Under the pieces are notes generated by a model. That model made no database searches, was not told the origin of the DNA, and saw only the letters and a program-made list of their open reading frames with translations. This document shows positions 1 to 8,425 of a stretch of 64,000 bases of DNA, one piece after another. The stretch lies in the sequence record OR786310.1; one strand, 5' to 3'. Position numbers and translations under genes: made by a program. Origin of the DNA: Escherichia phage ETEC-TG. Positions within the stretch are counted from its first letter, which is position 1; each line of letters starts with the position of its first letter.

Positions 1-73
1 TTAAAGGTTATATCAAATTCCCACTATCCATTATCTCAAAAATCCTTCAAATTATTTAAACTTTTTAAGAATT

Positions 74-249
74 TACAAAAGTGAAAGTTGAAAACCAAAA
101 TTTAAAGTTTAGGAAAATTATCTTAAAATGTTAGATACAAAACAAAACTCAAAAGTCAAGGAAAATTTTAAAAATTTTGCGCGCCCACAGTATTTAAAGT
201 TTTTTTGCTTTTACAAAAATGAAAGTACAAAAGCAAAATTTAAAGTTTA
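74..249. repeat. Pair of imperfect ~38-bp direct repeats (74-111 and 212-249: tacaaaaRtgaaagt...caaaatttaaagttta) in AT-rich leader
   Basis: Read directly from sequence; two copies ~138 bp apart. Confidence 0.45.
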
Positions 250-272
250 CAAAAATTTTTATGCAGGTGAGA

Positions 273-376
273 ATGAGAAGAGTTCTCATATGGAAATGCA
301 AATGATAATGATTCGCATTTAAGTTTATAAATGAGATTGATTCTTATTTAATAAGGTAAATGATAATCATTCTCAT
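273..376. promoter_or_regulatory. Cluster of Fur-box-like / ATTCTCAT palindromic motifs (273-289 ATGAGAAGAGTTCTCAT; 298-319 GCAAATGATAATGATTCGCATT; 363-376 ATAATCATTCTCAT)
   Basis: Resemble the enterobacterial Fur box GATAATGATAATCATTATC; the same 14-mer recurs at 12455-12468. Confidence 0.35.
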
Positions 377-626
377 TTAGAGAATGACGCGCAGGGGCGG
401 TGTTTGTCTCGCGCTCCCGTGTCCCCTCGCCATGTAATAAGAATAACAGATCCAGCCAGGAAAGCAAGCGATTATTTTATCTTTACATTTCTTTACAAAT
501 ATATAGCGCCCAGCCTACCGGCGATCAACCTTCCAACCAGCGCCCTGGTTGGCGCGGTAGAAAGATGATAGCCGTTTCCTTGATATACAGCAAGCAAAAA
601 GAAAATAAAAAAGATTGAAAAAGTGG

Positions 627-655
627 TTGACGTTCCTCACCTGGTAGCGTAGTAT
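627..655 (+). promoter_or_regulatory. Sigma70-like promoter (TTGACG, 17-nt spacer, TAGTAT)
   Basis: Hexamers and spacing read from sequence, upstream of ORF 792-989. Confidence 0.35.
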
Positions 656-791
656 TCATCTTGTCGAGGGGGGCGCGGCACAACGACAATAAACAACAGG
701 AGGGGCGCAATGCAGGACGGGCAAAGGTGAGGATCTCCATAATCCACCGTCCACCAACAAAAAACATCATTCATCACCTGGAGTTAAAATC

Positions 792-989
792 ATGGCAACA
801 TTGCACATTGTGGCGAAAGCAGGACAAATCAGCGTCGTGGTAAACGGTTTTACTGAGTTCAGTCATCCCCAGGATGATCATGAAACGGTTTTATCTTTCA
901 TTGATTCCCTGTTAGAAATGGGAGTCATTACAGAAGACCAGCACGCTACAAAATGCAAGCGCGTTAATCAAATTGCAGGGATAGAATAA
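792..989 (+). CDS. hypothetical protein (65 aa)
   Basis: ORF with GGAG SD upstream. Confidence 0.4.
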   Translation: MATLHIVAKAGQISVVVNGFTEFSHPQDDHETVLSFIDSLLEMGVITEDQHATKCKRVNQIAGIE

Positions 990-995
990 AAAGTA

Positions 996-1054
996 TTGAC
1001 AACAAACAACAACCTGATAAGATGTATCACATAGGGCGGGAAGTGGTTTCCCGC
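996..1054 (+). promoter_or_regulatory. PeSL-like cassette: TTGACA, 16 nt, TAAGAT, then GC stem-loop GCGGGA/TCCCGC
   Basis: Consensus -35/-10 with conserved hairpin immediately 3'; followed by SD and ATG at 1080. Confidence 0.6.
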
Positions 1055-1079
1055 TCGTAACAGAAGAGAGATTATCATC

Positions 1080-1352
1080 ATGGCATCATATAGCGCAACA
1101 ATGATCGTAGCTGGCACAACTGGTAAACCTATGAGCGGTGGCGGATCTTTCGCTAATATCAATATTGACGGGCGTTTATCCCTGGACGCAGCGATTGCCA
1201 TTGCACGGGAAACATTTAAGAAAGAATGTAATTTCAACAAGCAAGATTATCTCGGTTTCGCTATTGAAAAAACCGCGCGCTTTGTTGATTATAAAAGCCC
1301 GAAAATGGTTGACACTACACTAAAAGCGCAAGATGTAGCGTTTTTGCTTTAA
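1080..1352 (+). CDS. hypothetical protein (90 aa)
   Basis: ORF after PeSL, SD AGAAGAGAG. Confidence 0.55.
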   Translation: MASYSATMIVAGTTGKPMSGGGSFANINIDGRLSLDAAIAIARETFKKECNFNKQDYLGFAIEKTARFVDYKSPKMVDTTLKAQDVAFLL

Positions 1353-1355
1353 GGC

Positions 1356-1411
1356 TTGACATTAACGAATAATTTGTTAATATGTTACATAAAGCGGGAA
1401 TAGTTCCCGCT
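1356..1411 (+). promoter_or_regulatory. PeSL-like cassette (TTGACA, 16 nt, TAATAT, hairpin AGCGGGAA/TTCCCGCT)
   Basis: Read from sequence. Confidence 0.55.
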
Positions 1412-1428
1412 ATTTGTAAGGTGGTAGA

Positions 1429-1686
1429 ATGTTTTACATCAAATTAAAAGGTCACGTGATCGCGTTCAAAGATAACGCTTTTTACAGATTAGCAAAATAT
1501 GCGTTAATACATCCCCACTATGTTTATATAAGGGGGCGTGATGAAATAAATATCTTTGATCAAACAACATGCGAGAACATCGAGATCCGCAAGGTTGGCG
1601 TACGTGATTATCGTACATCTTTCTACCCTTGCAAGGATTCAGCAAGTCTTTTTAAGGTATGCCAATTGTTGAAAAAAGGTGGTTAA
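1429..1686 (+). CDS. hypothetical protein (85 aa)
   Basis: ORF after PeSL, SD AAGGTGG. Confidence 0.5.
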   Translation: MFYIKLKGHVIAFKDNAFYRLAKYALIHPHYVYIRGRDEINIFDQTTCENIEIRKVGVRDYRTSFYPCKDSASLFKVCQLLKKGG

Positions 1687-1687
1687 T

Positions 1688-2245
1688 ATGGGCCGCGAAT
1701 ATGTGATCCAGTCTTGGGTAAAACATGAAGCAGATGATCCGCGCATCATTCCCGATCATCTTATCGATGAATCCACGGGATATAGCGGGGAGCAAATAGG
1801 TAACAGATTAGCACGTAGTAACGGCAACGTAAAAGCGCGTTATGTGCGCCCTGGCTGGCTGGCAAATGGTAATGCTGATTTATCCAGTGCGGAAGATGCG
1901 AGCGACGGCGCGAAAGATAATCCTTTGTACAAAGTTGATCCGGCTTTTCGTGTCCTGGATGAATACCCCAGCAAGATAGCGGCGCTCGATCAAGCCCTGG
2001 AAAGTAAGCGCATCACCTGGACCGCTTACAACATGGCAAAAAACGTACTTGATGGTAAATTGATTCAAGCTGAAAGAAAATTAGCCAAAATTGCAGCCAT
2101 AGCCCAGGAGGAAGACGAGGAGACAACGGAAGAGGAAGAGTACGAAGAGATCCCGCCGTTGTTGTGTGTTGATGCTTTTCCTGATTATCAGCCGACAGAG
2201 GAAGAAAAAAGGATCGCACTAGAAAACTTTGAAAATAGTCTTTGA
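1688..2245 (+). CDS. hypothetical protein with acidic C-terminal tail (185 aa)
   Basis: ORF with SD AAAGGTGG; start moved to ATG 1688 (track start 1679 is GTG). Confidence 0.5.
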   Translation: MGREYVIQSWVKHEADDPRIIPDHLIDESTGYSGEQIGNRLARSNGNVKARYVRPGWLANGNADLSSAEDASDGAKDNPLYKVDPAFRVLDEYPSKIAALDQALESKRITWTAYNMAKNVLDGKLIQAERKLAKIAAIAQEEDEETTEEEEYEEIPPLLCVDAFPDYQPTEEEKRIALENFENSL

Positions 2246-2298
2246 CATATCGCCGCCACTGGCATAATATTTACCACGTAGGGCGGCAATGGTGCCGC
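2242..2298 (+). promoter_or_regulatory. PeSL-like cassette (TTGACA, 17 nt, TAATAT, hairpin GCGGCA-ATGG-TGCCGC) ahead of a ~35-codon membrane-peptide ORF
   Basis: Read from sequence. Confidence 0.55.
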
Positions 2299-2432
2299 TC
2301 ATAGTAAAATTATGCAAGAGGTTTGCAATGATTAATAAAGAAAATAGCTTGACGGTTGGAACGATTAACGCTATCATTTTCGCCGTTCCATTTTGGGTTG
2401 TAGTAGCGGCTATTATTTTCTAAAAAATATTC

Positions 2433-2493
2433 TTGACAACGTTTTTTAATCTGATAAGATGTATCACATAGGGCGGCGGAATACTTCCCCGCC
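2433..2493 (+). promoter_or_regulatory. PeSL-like cassette (TTGACA, 16 nt, TAAGAT, hairpin GGGCGG...CCGCC)
   Basis: Read from sequence. Confidence 0.6.
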
Positions 2494-2514
2494 AAAACAA
2501 AAAAGGGTAACACA

Positions 2515-2877
2515 ATGAGCAAGCAAATCAGTACTATCATGTTTAATCTGGTATCTTTCCGCGATGATATGAAAAATTTACCACGTGAAACGGTTGATAT
2601 TCATGTTTCAGCTTATCGCGCCCTTATTGACATGTTACCGCTAAAACGTGATCAACATGCCGCTAATATGATGTTTAATGCTATGCTTAAAAAGATGATT
2701 CAAACGGATCTCACCCTGGCGTATGAGTATCAAGGGCGCTTATATGCAACTTACAACAAGGCGGTACCTGGTCTGGGAAGTACCGAAGAGTTGCACGGCT
2801 TAAACTTGGATCAAAACACTTGGGATAGTATGCGCCGCGTTATGGTATGGGCCGAAAGCGGTAAAATTTACGAATAA
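2515..2877 (+). CDS. hypothetical protein (120 aa)
   Basis: ORF after PeSL. Confidence 0.55.
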   Translation: MSKQISTIMFNLVSFRDDMKNLPRETVDIHVSAYRALIDMLPLKRDQHAANMMFNAMLKKMIQTDLTLAYEYQGRLYATYNKAVPGLGSTEELHGLNLDQNTWDSMRRVMVWAESGKIYE

Positions 2878-2883
2878 AAACGG

Positions 2884-2943
2884 TTGACACTGTTTAAACT
2901 TCTGGTATAGTTTACCACATAAGGCGGGAAGTGGTTTCCCGCC
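2884..2943 (+). promoter_or_regulatory. PeSL-like cassette (TTGACA, 16 nt, TATAGT, hairpin GGCGGGAAGTGGTTTCCCGCC)
   Basis: Read from sequence. Confidence 0.6.
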
Positions 2944-2965
2944 AACAATGAAAAAGGTTATCATC

Positions 2966-3331
2966 ATGGCTATTAATATTAATGTTTCCGCTTATGCTAC
3001 CATGGCTAACACGGCTAAAATTGAATTATCCAGCATTGAGGCGGTGCATATTAGCGCCCGTCGCTGGTTTCAACGGTCCTACGGTAACACATATTTTTCT
3101 TTAATGGTTGACGTTGAGATCGGCGGTAAACTGATCGAGGTGGTTAACGTTCCGTTTCAATATGGCTATGGTGATCATTTTGATACCGTTGCCCTAGAAG
3201 AGTTTAGCAAGGTTATCAACCTGGAAGGTAAAGAGTTTTCAAATTATGCCTACCTTTCCCGTTTTTGCCGTGACAATGGGATCACTGTATACAGTCATGC
3301 AAGCGATGTAAAACGTAAAAAAGATTTATAA
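2966..3331 (+). CDS. hypothetical protein (121 aa)
   Basis: ORF; start set to ATG 2966 behind SD AAAAAGG (track start 2948 abuts the hairpin). Confidence 0.5.
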   Translation: MAININVSAYATMANTAKIELSSIEAVHISARRWFQRSYGNTYFSLMVDVEIGGKLIEVVNVPFQYGYGDHFDTVALEEFSKVINLEGKEFSNYAYLSRFCRDNGITVYSHASDVKRKKDL

Positions 3332-3337
3332 AAAGCA

Positions 3338-3396
3338 TTGACAGCACGAATAGAAAGAGTAAACTATATTACATAGAGAGCGGGAACACTTCCCGC
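3338..3396 (+). promoter_or_regulatory. PeSL-like cassette (TTGACA, 16 nt, TAAACT, hairpin GCGGGAACACTTCCCGC)
   Basis: Read from sequence. Confidence 0.6.
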
Positions 3397-3420
3397 CTCA
3401 CTGAAAAAGAGAGAAAAATC

Positions 3421-3660
3421 ATGGCTAAATCTAAAATGTACAACGGTCACAAAAACAAAAATCATTGGAATGTAAGCCTTTGGATTAATAACGATGAATC
3501 GTTATACCGGTTGGCCCAAGATTTTATTAACGCTAATGCTAATCGTAATGATGCGGCGCGGGATATGATGCTTTTTCTGGAACAAACTGGACAAGATAAA
3601 ACGCCAGACGGTTTCAAATATAGCACTACTGCGATCCGTGCCGCGATGGTTGGAATGTAA
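3421..3660 (+). CDS. hypothetical protein (79 aa)
   Basis: ORF after PeSL, SD AAAGAGAG. Confidence 0.55.
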   Translation: MAKSKMYNGHKNKNHWNVSLWINNDESLYRLAQDFINANANRNDAARDMMLFLEQTGQDKTPDGFKYSTTAIRAAMVGM

Positions 3661-3669
3661 TAAAAACAG

Positions 3670-3729
3670 TTGACAACGTTTAAAATTAGTGTAAGATGTA
3701 TCACATAGGGCGGGAAGTGGTTTCCCGCC
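3670..3729 (+). promoter_or_regulatory. PeSL-like cassette (TTGACA, 16 nt, TAAGAT, hairpin GGGCGGGAAGTGGTTTCCCGCC)
   Basis: Read from sequence. Confidence 0.6.
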
Positions 3730-3750
3730 AAAACAGAGAGATTAAAGATT

Positions 3751-3978
3751 ATGGCTATCAATATTGTTCGCGTATCTGGCACCGTTGGCACTTCCCAGGT
3801 CATTGCCGTTGTAACAAACAAAAAGATTAATGATGTATGTGAGATCTTGAATAAGTGGGCTGTTGCTAATTTTGGGGAATATGCAAGCGTTGAGTACATC
3901 GAATCCTACCAGGTGCCAACCATCAGCCTAACCGATCTCAACGTTGATCGCCTGTTATGCCTGGACGAATTAATCTGA
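3751..3978 (+). CDS. hypothetical protein (75 aa)
   Basis: ORF after PeSL. Confidence 0.55.
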   Translation: MAINIVRVSGTVGTSQVIAVVTNKKINDVCEILNKWAVANFGEYASVEYIESYQVPTISLTDLNVDRLLCLDELI

Positions 3979-3987
3979 AAAAGATTG

Positions 3988-4045
3988 TTGACACCGGAAA
4001 GAAAAAGAGTAAACTGTATTACGTAGGGCGGCAATGGTGCCGCTC
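3988..4045 (+). promoter_or_regulatory. PeSL-like cassette (TTGACA, 16 nt, TAAACT, hairpin GGGCGGCAATGGTGCCGC)
   Basis: Read from sequence. Confidence 0.6.
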
Positions 4046-4068
4046 ACAACAGAAGAGAGATTATTACG

Positions 4069-4281
4069 ATGGCCAATATCCGCACACTGTTAAAAAATGC
4101 AAGTCAAGTTTTATTTTCAGATGACGAGTATTTCAATAAAGACATTACAGGCGTGAAGAATATCAAAGATGTAAAAAGTGTTATGGGTATATATTGCAAT
4201 GTTAAACGTGTTGGAACGTTCGGTGATAAAGTATTGTATCAATCAGGTGATTACAATTTTACTTTGACGATTATTTCATAA
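4069..4281 (+). CDS. hypothetical protein (70 aa)
   Basis: ORF after PeSL. Confidence 0.55.
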   Translation: MANIRTLLKNASQVLFSDDEYFNKDITGVKNIKDVKSVMGIYCNVKRVGTFGDKVLYQSGDYNFTLTIIS

Positions 4282-4287
4282 AACCGC

Positions 4288-4350
4288 TTGCAATACTGCA
4301 AAAATAAAGTAAACTGTATTACATCAAGGCGGCGGAATGGTCCACCGCCT
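4288..4350 (+). promoter_or_regulatory. PeSL-like cassette (TTGCAA, 16 nt, TAAACT, hairpin GGCGGCGGAATGGTCCACCGCC)
   Basis: Read from sequence. Confidence 0.55.
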
Positions 4351-4373
4351 AACAAAGAGAAGAGGAAAACACC

Positions 4374-4541
4374 ATGATCACTTTCGCTACCCGTGAAGCC
4401 GCTCGCAACGTTGCCCGTAAAATTAACGCCGCCAACCTGGGCGCTACGTTTAAAGCACCTGTAAAAGATGAATCAGGCAAATGGATCTTCCCTGGTCTGC
4501 GTCATGCTGACAAGTTAGGTACTTTAAGCCTTAAAAAATAA
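4374..4541 (+). CDS. small hypothetical protein (55 aa), N-terminus MITFA
   Basis: ORF after PeSL; below the 60-aa track threshold; first 16 nt identical to ORF 4616. Confidence 0.45.
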   Translation: MITFATREAARNVARKINAANLGATFKAPVKDESGKWIFPGLRHADKLGTLSLKK

Positions 4542-4544
4542 TCG

Positions 4545-4580
4545 TTGACTTTTCGTTATAGCGCCTTACAATGGGCGCTA
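4545..4580 (+). promoter_or_regulatory. Variant promoter (TTGACT, 16 nt, TACAAT) with the -10 embedded in inverted repeat ATAGCGCC/GGCGCTAT
   Basis: Read from sequence. Confidence 0.45.
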
Positions 4581-4615
4581 TAGAGAAGAGAAACCACTAC
4601 TAACAAGGAAACATC

Positions 4616-4837
4616 ATGATCACTTTCGCTATTGTCGCCGTTGTCGCTGGTCAGGTTTACGTAAACGATACATTCACCACAGAAGACAAGGCCGCAGGAG
4701 ACATAACCGCCGTTTACAATGAGTGCAAGGCAGTAGAAAGGATGTTAGCGCCTTGTATGCTAATGAGTGAACGCCAGGACGGGATAACAGTGTTTACTAA
4801 CATTGAGACAGGGTACCAAATGGTAGTAACAAAATAA
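4616..4837 (+). CDS. hypothetical protein (73 aa), N-terminus MITFA
   Basis: ORF. Confidence 0.5.
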   Translation: MITFAIVAVVAGQVYVNDTFTTEDKAAGDITAVYNECKAVERMLAPCMLMSERQDGITVFTNIETGYQMVVTK

Positions 4838-4840
4838 AGC

Positions 4841-4897
4841 TTGACACGGATTTAATTTTCAATAAACTGTTACACGTAGGGCGGGAATAGTTCCCGC
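4841..4897 (+). promoter_or_regulatory. PeSL-like cassette (TTGACA, 16 nt, TAAACT, hairpin GGGCGGGAATAGTTCCCGC)
   Basis: Read from sequence. Confidence 0.6.
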
Positions 4898-4915
4898 TAA
4901 AAAGAGAGAAAGACC

Positions 4916-5269
4916 ATGAAAGCACAAAATGCAATTAAAGAGTACATCCTTGCCGCTATCGATTTTAATGATTACGGTATTACAACCGAAAAAGAGAAGA
5001 TCGCGGAATTGATGCGCCGTTTTAATTCCGAGTACTGGTACCCTGATAACCAATCACGTTTTAATTATAGTATTGTTAAAGCACTTGCATCATGGTTACA
5101 AGGTTTGCCATCAGATATTAATATCGCTTTCGAATATTGGGAAATTGATCGCTTGTTAACATCCTGGGGATACATTAAAGAGAATAGCAGCGATGATAAA
5201 ATCCAACGAGAAAGGGAAAATTATTGGCTTTATATTGCAGGCGTGATCCTTGCTTGCTCTTATGAATGA
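4916..5269 (+). CDS. hypothetical protein (117 aa)
   Basis: ORF after PeSL. Confidence 0.55.
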   Translation: MKAQNAIKEYILAAIDFNDYGITTEKEKIAELMRRFNSEYWYPDNQSRFNYSIVKALASWLQGLPSDINIAFEYWEIDRLLTSWGYIKENSSDDKIQRERENYWLYIAGVILACSYE

Positions 5270-5275
5270 TAAACC

Positions 5276-5329
5276 TTGACAATTTTACAAAACAGTTTAA
5301 ATTAATAATATAGCGGCAATGGTGCCGCT
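5276..5329 (+). promoter_or_regulatory. PeSL-like cassette (TTGACA, 16 nt, TAAATT, hairpin AGCGGCAATGGTGCCGCT)
   Basis: Read from sequence. Confidence 0.55.
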
Positions 5330-5348
5330 CATATAAAGAGGAAACAAA

Positions 5349-5495
5349 ATGAATACATCTAATCGCGCAGAAAAAATCCAATCTTCCAAGATCCGCAAGG
5401 CCTGGAACGAGGAAGTGATCCGCAAAGGCGACAAGCGCAATAAAACAAAGCGCGGGAAGAGTGACAAATATAATTGGATGGATTTAGAGGATTAA
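5349..5495 (+). CDS. small basic hypothetical protein (48 aa)
   Basis: ORF after PeSL, followed by terminator; below track threshold. Confidence 0.4.
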   Translation: MNTSNRAEKIQSSKIRKAWNEEVIRKGDKRNKTKRGKSDKYNWMDLED

Positions 5496-5501
5496 CATAA
5501 C

Positions 5502-5530
5502 AAGGGCGCACCAAGCGCCCTTTCTTTTTA
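5502..5530 (+). terminator. Rho-independent terminator (AGGGCGCACCAAGCGCCCT + T-run)
   Basis: GC hairpin plus TTTCTTTTT; same hairpin recurs at 10900 and 11463. Confidence 0.65.
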
Positions 5531-5550
5531 CATGTAGAGGATAAACAAAG

Positions 5551-5736
5551 ATGACTTTAAGCGAGCTTAAAACAGCCTACAGCGCAACATTAAAAATAGC
5601 CGTGCGTTACCGTGACGAATACGGTTTTATTGCGCAGGGCGTGATCCTGGGCTTTTCTGATGATGGTTTGATCTATGTTGATGCACATCATAACAAGGTA
5701 AAACCTGAAAACATCATTAGCATAAAATATCTTTAA
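5551..5736 (+). CDS. hypothetical protein (61 aa)
   Basis: ORF with SD GAGGA. Confidence 0.5.
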   Translation: MTLSELKTAYSATLKIAVRYRDEYGFIAQGVILGFSDDGLIYVDAHHNKVKPENIISIKYL

Positions 5737-5742
5737 AAGTGG

Positions 5743-5802
5743 TTGACACTATAACTGGACCTGTTAAACTGTATTACATCAGGCGGGGAATAGTTCCCCA
5801 CC
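5743..5802 (+). promoter_or_regulatory. PeSL-like cassette (TTGACA, 16 nt, TAAACT, hairpin GGCGGGGAATAGTTCCCCACC)
   Basis: Read from sequence. Confidence 0.6.
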
Positions 5803-5821
5803 ATACAAAAAGGTAAATATT

Positions 5822-6028
5822 ATGATCACCGCAAAACAAGAAAAAATCATTATCGACGTTGCAGCCGTTGCCGCTATTGCTATTATTGGATCTTATTATG
5901 ATACCCGTTTCCCGTCGGCTATGCATGAGGTCGCCGCCGTTGCATCAGTTGGCGTACTGTTTTACGTTGGTAAACGCTATTTATCACCAATGATTAACAA
6001 GCTGACACCGTGGAAAAATAAAGGTTGA
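5822..6028 (+). CDS. hypothetical hydrophobic protein (68 aa)
   Basis: ORF after PeSL. Confidence 0.5.
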   Translation: MITAKQEKIIIDVAAVAAIAIIGSYYDTRFPSAMHEVAAVASVGVLFYVGKRYLSPMINKLTPWKNKG

Positions 6029-6079
6029 TCCTGTTTTATATTGTGTTATAGTTATCGTGTAGGGCGGCAATGGTGCCGC
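6025..6079 (+). promoter_or_regulatory. PeSL-like cassette (TTGATC, 16 nt, TATAGT, hairpin GGGCGGCAATGGTGCCGC)
   Basis: Read from sequence. Confidence 0.5.
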
Positions 6080-6099
6080 GCCCCTTTGAGGATGCAATC

Positions 6100-6384
6100 A
6101 TGAGTAAAGCTAACACCGTGCTAATGTTTTCCCTGATTAATGATCCCGCTTACTTGTCCAACATGACGCAGGAGGGTAACACATTAACGGCAACATTCAC
6201 CAATAAGCTTGACCGGGTGATCATCATCTCACTGAAAACAGTTAGTAAAGGCTTTTACTCGTTAGCTTATCATTGGATCACCGATACCGATGAGACAAGC
6301 CAGGACTATAGCGCCCCTTTCCCTGAATCAATGGCACGGGAGATCATCGCCGCCGTTGTAAATGATGGTTTGTTTACTGCATAA
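6100..6384 (+). CDS. hypothetical protein (94 aa)
   Basis: ORF; start moved to ATG 6100 after hairpin and SD GAGGA. Confidence 0.5.
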   Translation: MSKANTVLMFSLINDPAYLSNMTQEGNTLTATFTNKLDRVIIISLKTVSKGFYSLAYHWITDTDETSQDYSAPFPESMAREIIAAVVNDGLFTA

Positions 6385-6402
6385 AATAATTTAGAAAAAG
6401 GC

Positions 6403-6459
6403 TTGCAATCATTTTGAGATAGTGTATATTTAATTCATAGGGCGGCGGGAATAGTTCCC
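6403..6459 (+). promoter_or_regulatory. PeSL-like cassette (TTGCAA, 16 nt, TATATT, hairpin GGGAATAGTTCCC) ahead of a ~40-codon hydrophobic ORF at 6483-6602
   Basis: Read from sequence. Confidence 0.5.
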
Positions 6460-6612
6460 AAAGCAAACGAGAGGATTACACGATGAGCAAGTACACAGTA
6501 GAATACACGGTAGAAAATCCGGCAGTATCCGAAGGTAAAAAGATGACATTTGCCATCAGTATAATCGCTTTCGTTGTCACTATCTTATCAATCATCTTAT
6601 AAGGTGCACACC

Positions 6613-6774
6613 ATGAAAACAACAGATATTATCAAAGAGATCGCCCATGCCGCTGGCGTTGAGATCGAGGAAGTGATCGCGCTCAATCTTACAGAAAACG
6701 ATCTGCGCAACTATGAAGCGGAAAGCGTGAAAGCAAGCGGCGCGGTCCTGGTATATGATCCGGCTAACAAGTAA
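6613..6774 (+). CDS. hypothetical protein (53 aa)
   Basis: ORF; start ATG 6613 after SD AAGGTG. Confidence 0.45.
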   Translation: MKTTDIIKEIAHAAGVEIEEVIALNLTENDLRNYEAESVKASGAVLVYDPANK

Positions 6775-6895
6775 GGGGATAACATGAATCCGAAAGATAT
6801 GCAAGCATGGAAAGGGTACGACGATCTAAGCGCCTTGCGCAATAAGTCAAGCCGTAACCTTAGACGGTTGGAAGCAAAGAAAAAGAAAAAATAGT

Positions 6896-6951
6896 TTGAC
6901 AAGTCCGCCTAGTCTGATAATATGTATCTTGTAGGGCGGCAATGGTGCCGC
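6896..6951 (+). promoter_or_regulatory. PeSL-like cassette (TTGACA, 16 nt, TAATAT, hairpin GGGCGGCAATGGTGCCGC)
   Basis: Read from sequence. Confidence 0.6.
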
Positions 6952-6972
6952 TCACAAGAAGAGAGAAAAATC

Positions 6973-7257
6973 ATGAAAATCACAAAAAGCCTAACTAATT
7001 ATGCAGCACGTCGCGGATTATGTTTAACCGTTGAAAACTTAGGGAAAGAAGACTTTTTGTGTTTTTGGGAGCTTGAAAATGATTGCGAGTGGATGTTTTC
7101 TTATTCTATCTGCGAAGATCAAAACGGTTGTTTGTTAACCTGGCGCGGTAATATCTATTTACCGGAAGAAATTAAAGAAGAGTTACCAGGTACGATCATG
7201 ACAGAGAGACAGCTTAAGGAAATGATTAATTTTGTAGGGCAAAACATTAAAAAATAA
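6973..7257 (+). CDS. hypothetical protein (94 aa)
   Basis: ORF; start moved to ATG 6973 downstream of hairpin. Confidence 0.5.
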   Translation: MKITKSLTNYAARRGLCLTVENLGKEDFLCFWELENDCEWMFSYSICEDQNGCLLTWRGNIYLPEEIKEELPGTIMTERQLKEMINFVGQNIKK

Positions 7258-7258
7258 T

Positions 7259-7319
7259 TTGACAGCACGCAAACAACGTAGTAAAGTTTATCACATAGGG
7301 CGGCGGAATGGTCCACCGC
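7259..7319 (+). promoter_or_regulatory. PeSL-like cassette (TTGACA, 17 nt, TAAAGT, hairpin GGGCGGCGGAATGGTCCACCGC)
   Basis: Read from sequence. Confidence 0.6.
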
Positions 7320-7342
7320 TCACAACAGAAGAGAAACAAATC

Positions 7343-7513
7343 ATGATCCCGACTATGTTTTATGTATCGCGCAAAGGTCACAATATTTTTTGGTCTGAAG
7401 ATTTAAATGAAGCTATGACGTTTGCCCGTGATCGTGTTGCTATCGGTGGCGTTAACATCACCGTAACCGATGAAAATGGCATTGAATACTATAACGGCGA
7501 CGATGAAGAATAA
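7343..7513 (+). CDS. hypothetical protein (56 aa)
   Basis: ORF; start moved to ATG 7343 after hairpin and SD. Confidence 0.5.
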   Translation: MIPTMFYVSRKGHNIFWSEDLNEAMTFARDRVAIGGVNITVTDENGIEYYNGDDEE

Positions 7514-7560
7514 TTAATGAGGCGGGGGAGTATTCCCCGCCGTCAATAAAGAGGTAAATC

Positions 7561-7830
7561 ATGAAAATATCATTAGACGTTGCAATCAAGGCCATCGAAT
7601 CCGGTTACATCCTGGTAAAAGATGATAAGGCTAAAATAATGCATCATGTTAACAAGGAAACAGGCGAAAGCATGATCACATATAAAGCCGCCTATTTTCT
7701 CCAATCAGCAGCAGATCCGCGCGTACAGCGCCAGGTCACGGCGGCTATTGCTAAAAAATTATGTGCTTTACAGGGTACAAGTTTTAACGAGATCCCGCCG
7801 TGTTTTGACTGGTCGAGCTTGAAAAAATAG
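7561..7830 (+). CDS. hypothetical protein (89 aa)
   Basis: ORF with SD GAGG; preceded by hairpin 7521-7541. Confidence 0.5.
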   Translation: MKISLDVAIKAIESGYILVKDDKAKIMHHVNKETGESMITYKAAYFLQSAADPRVQRQVTAAIAKKLCALQGTSFNEIPPCFDWSSLKK

Positions 7831-7831
7831 T

Positions 7832-7891
7832 TTGACAATACGCGGTTATCTGGTAAAGTGTACCACGTAGGGCGGGAAATGGTTTCCCGCC
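7832..7891 (+). promoter_or_regulatory. PeSL-like cassette (TTGACA, 16 nt, TAAAGT, hairpin GGGCGGGAAATGGTTTCCCGCC) ahead of a ~35-codon membrane-peptide ORF
   Basis: Read from sequence. Confidence 0.6.
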
Positions 7892-8014
7892 AGAATAGAG
7901 AGAACTAAAATGATTATTCTTACCATGATGTGCGCGGCGGTTATTATTCCTTTGATAACGCTTATTGTTTCTGAGATCGATGATCTTCTCTTTGAAAGAA
8001 GTTTAAAAAAGTGA

Positions 8015-8042
8015 TTGACAACGGCTAATAAGCTGATAATAT
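8015..8042 (+). promoter_or_regulatory. Sigma70-like promoter (TTGACA, 16 nt, TAATAT) with degenerate downstream hairpin, ahead of a small membrane-peptide ORF
   Basis: Read from sequence. Confidence 0.5.
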
Positions 8043-8209
8043 GTATCACATAGGGCGGGGCAATAAGGCAACGCCAACTAATGAGGGTAGAATCATGTTA
8101 GAGAAAATTTTCACGGTTGTAATAGTGGGCCTGGCGTTATCGGTTGGAGTGGTTGCAACTATGGCTAACATGATCCTATCTTCCCACGGTATCGGTTAAG
8201 GTGAAACAA

Positions 8210-8425
8210 ATGATCACGAACAAAACAGGCAAAACGGAATTTTTACGCGGCTTACAAGTTGGTAAGCCTGAGATCTGGCATTGCACGAAGTCCGCGCATA
8301 ATGAAATGAAAGATTTTACCGCTACTTTACAACGTGTTAAAATATCTATCACACAGAAAAAAGCCTTGTTAGTAGTAGAAAACGAGATCCCGCAAACTAT
8401 TATTATTGTCGAGCGTACAGCATGA
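8210..8425 (+). CDS. hypothetical protein (71 aa)
   Basis: ORF; ATG 8210 after SD AAGGTGA. Confidence 0.45.
   Translation: MITNKTGKTEFLRGLQVGKPEIWHCTKSAHNEMKDFTATLQRVKISITQKKALLVVENEIPQTIIIVERTA

Noticed and set aside
400..843. Track ORFs 400-618 and 661-843 in the leader
   Set aside because: No SD; they overlap a promoter and GC-rich hairpins; composition unlike neighbouring genes. More likely untranslated leader or regulatory RNA.
968..8049. Minus-strand ORFs 968-1240, 3462-3899 and 7846-8049, which all contain the peptide AGNHFPPYV(I/V)H
   Set aside because: The shared peptide is just the reverse-strand translation of the conserved promoter hairpin; these ORFs are antisense to the packed plus-strand genes and have no SD.
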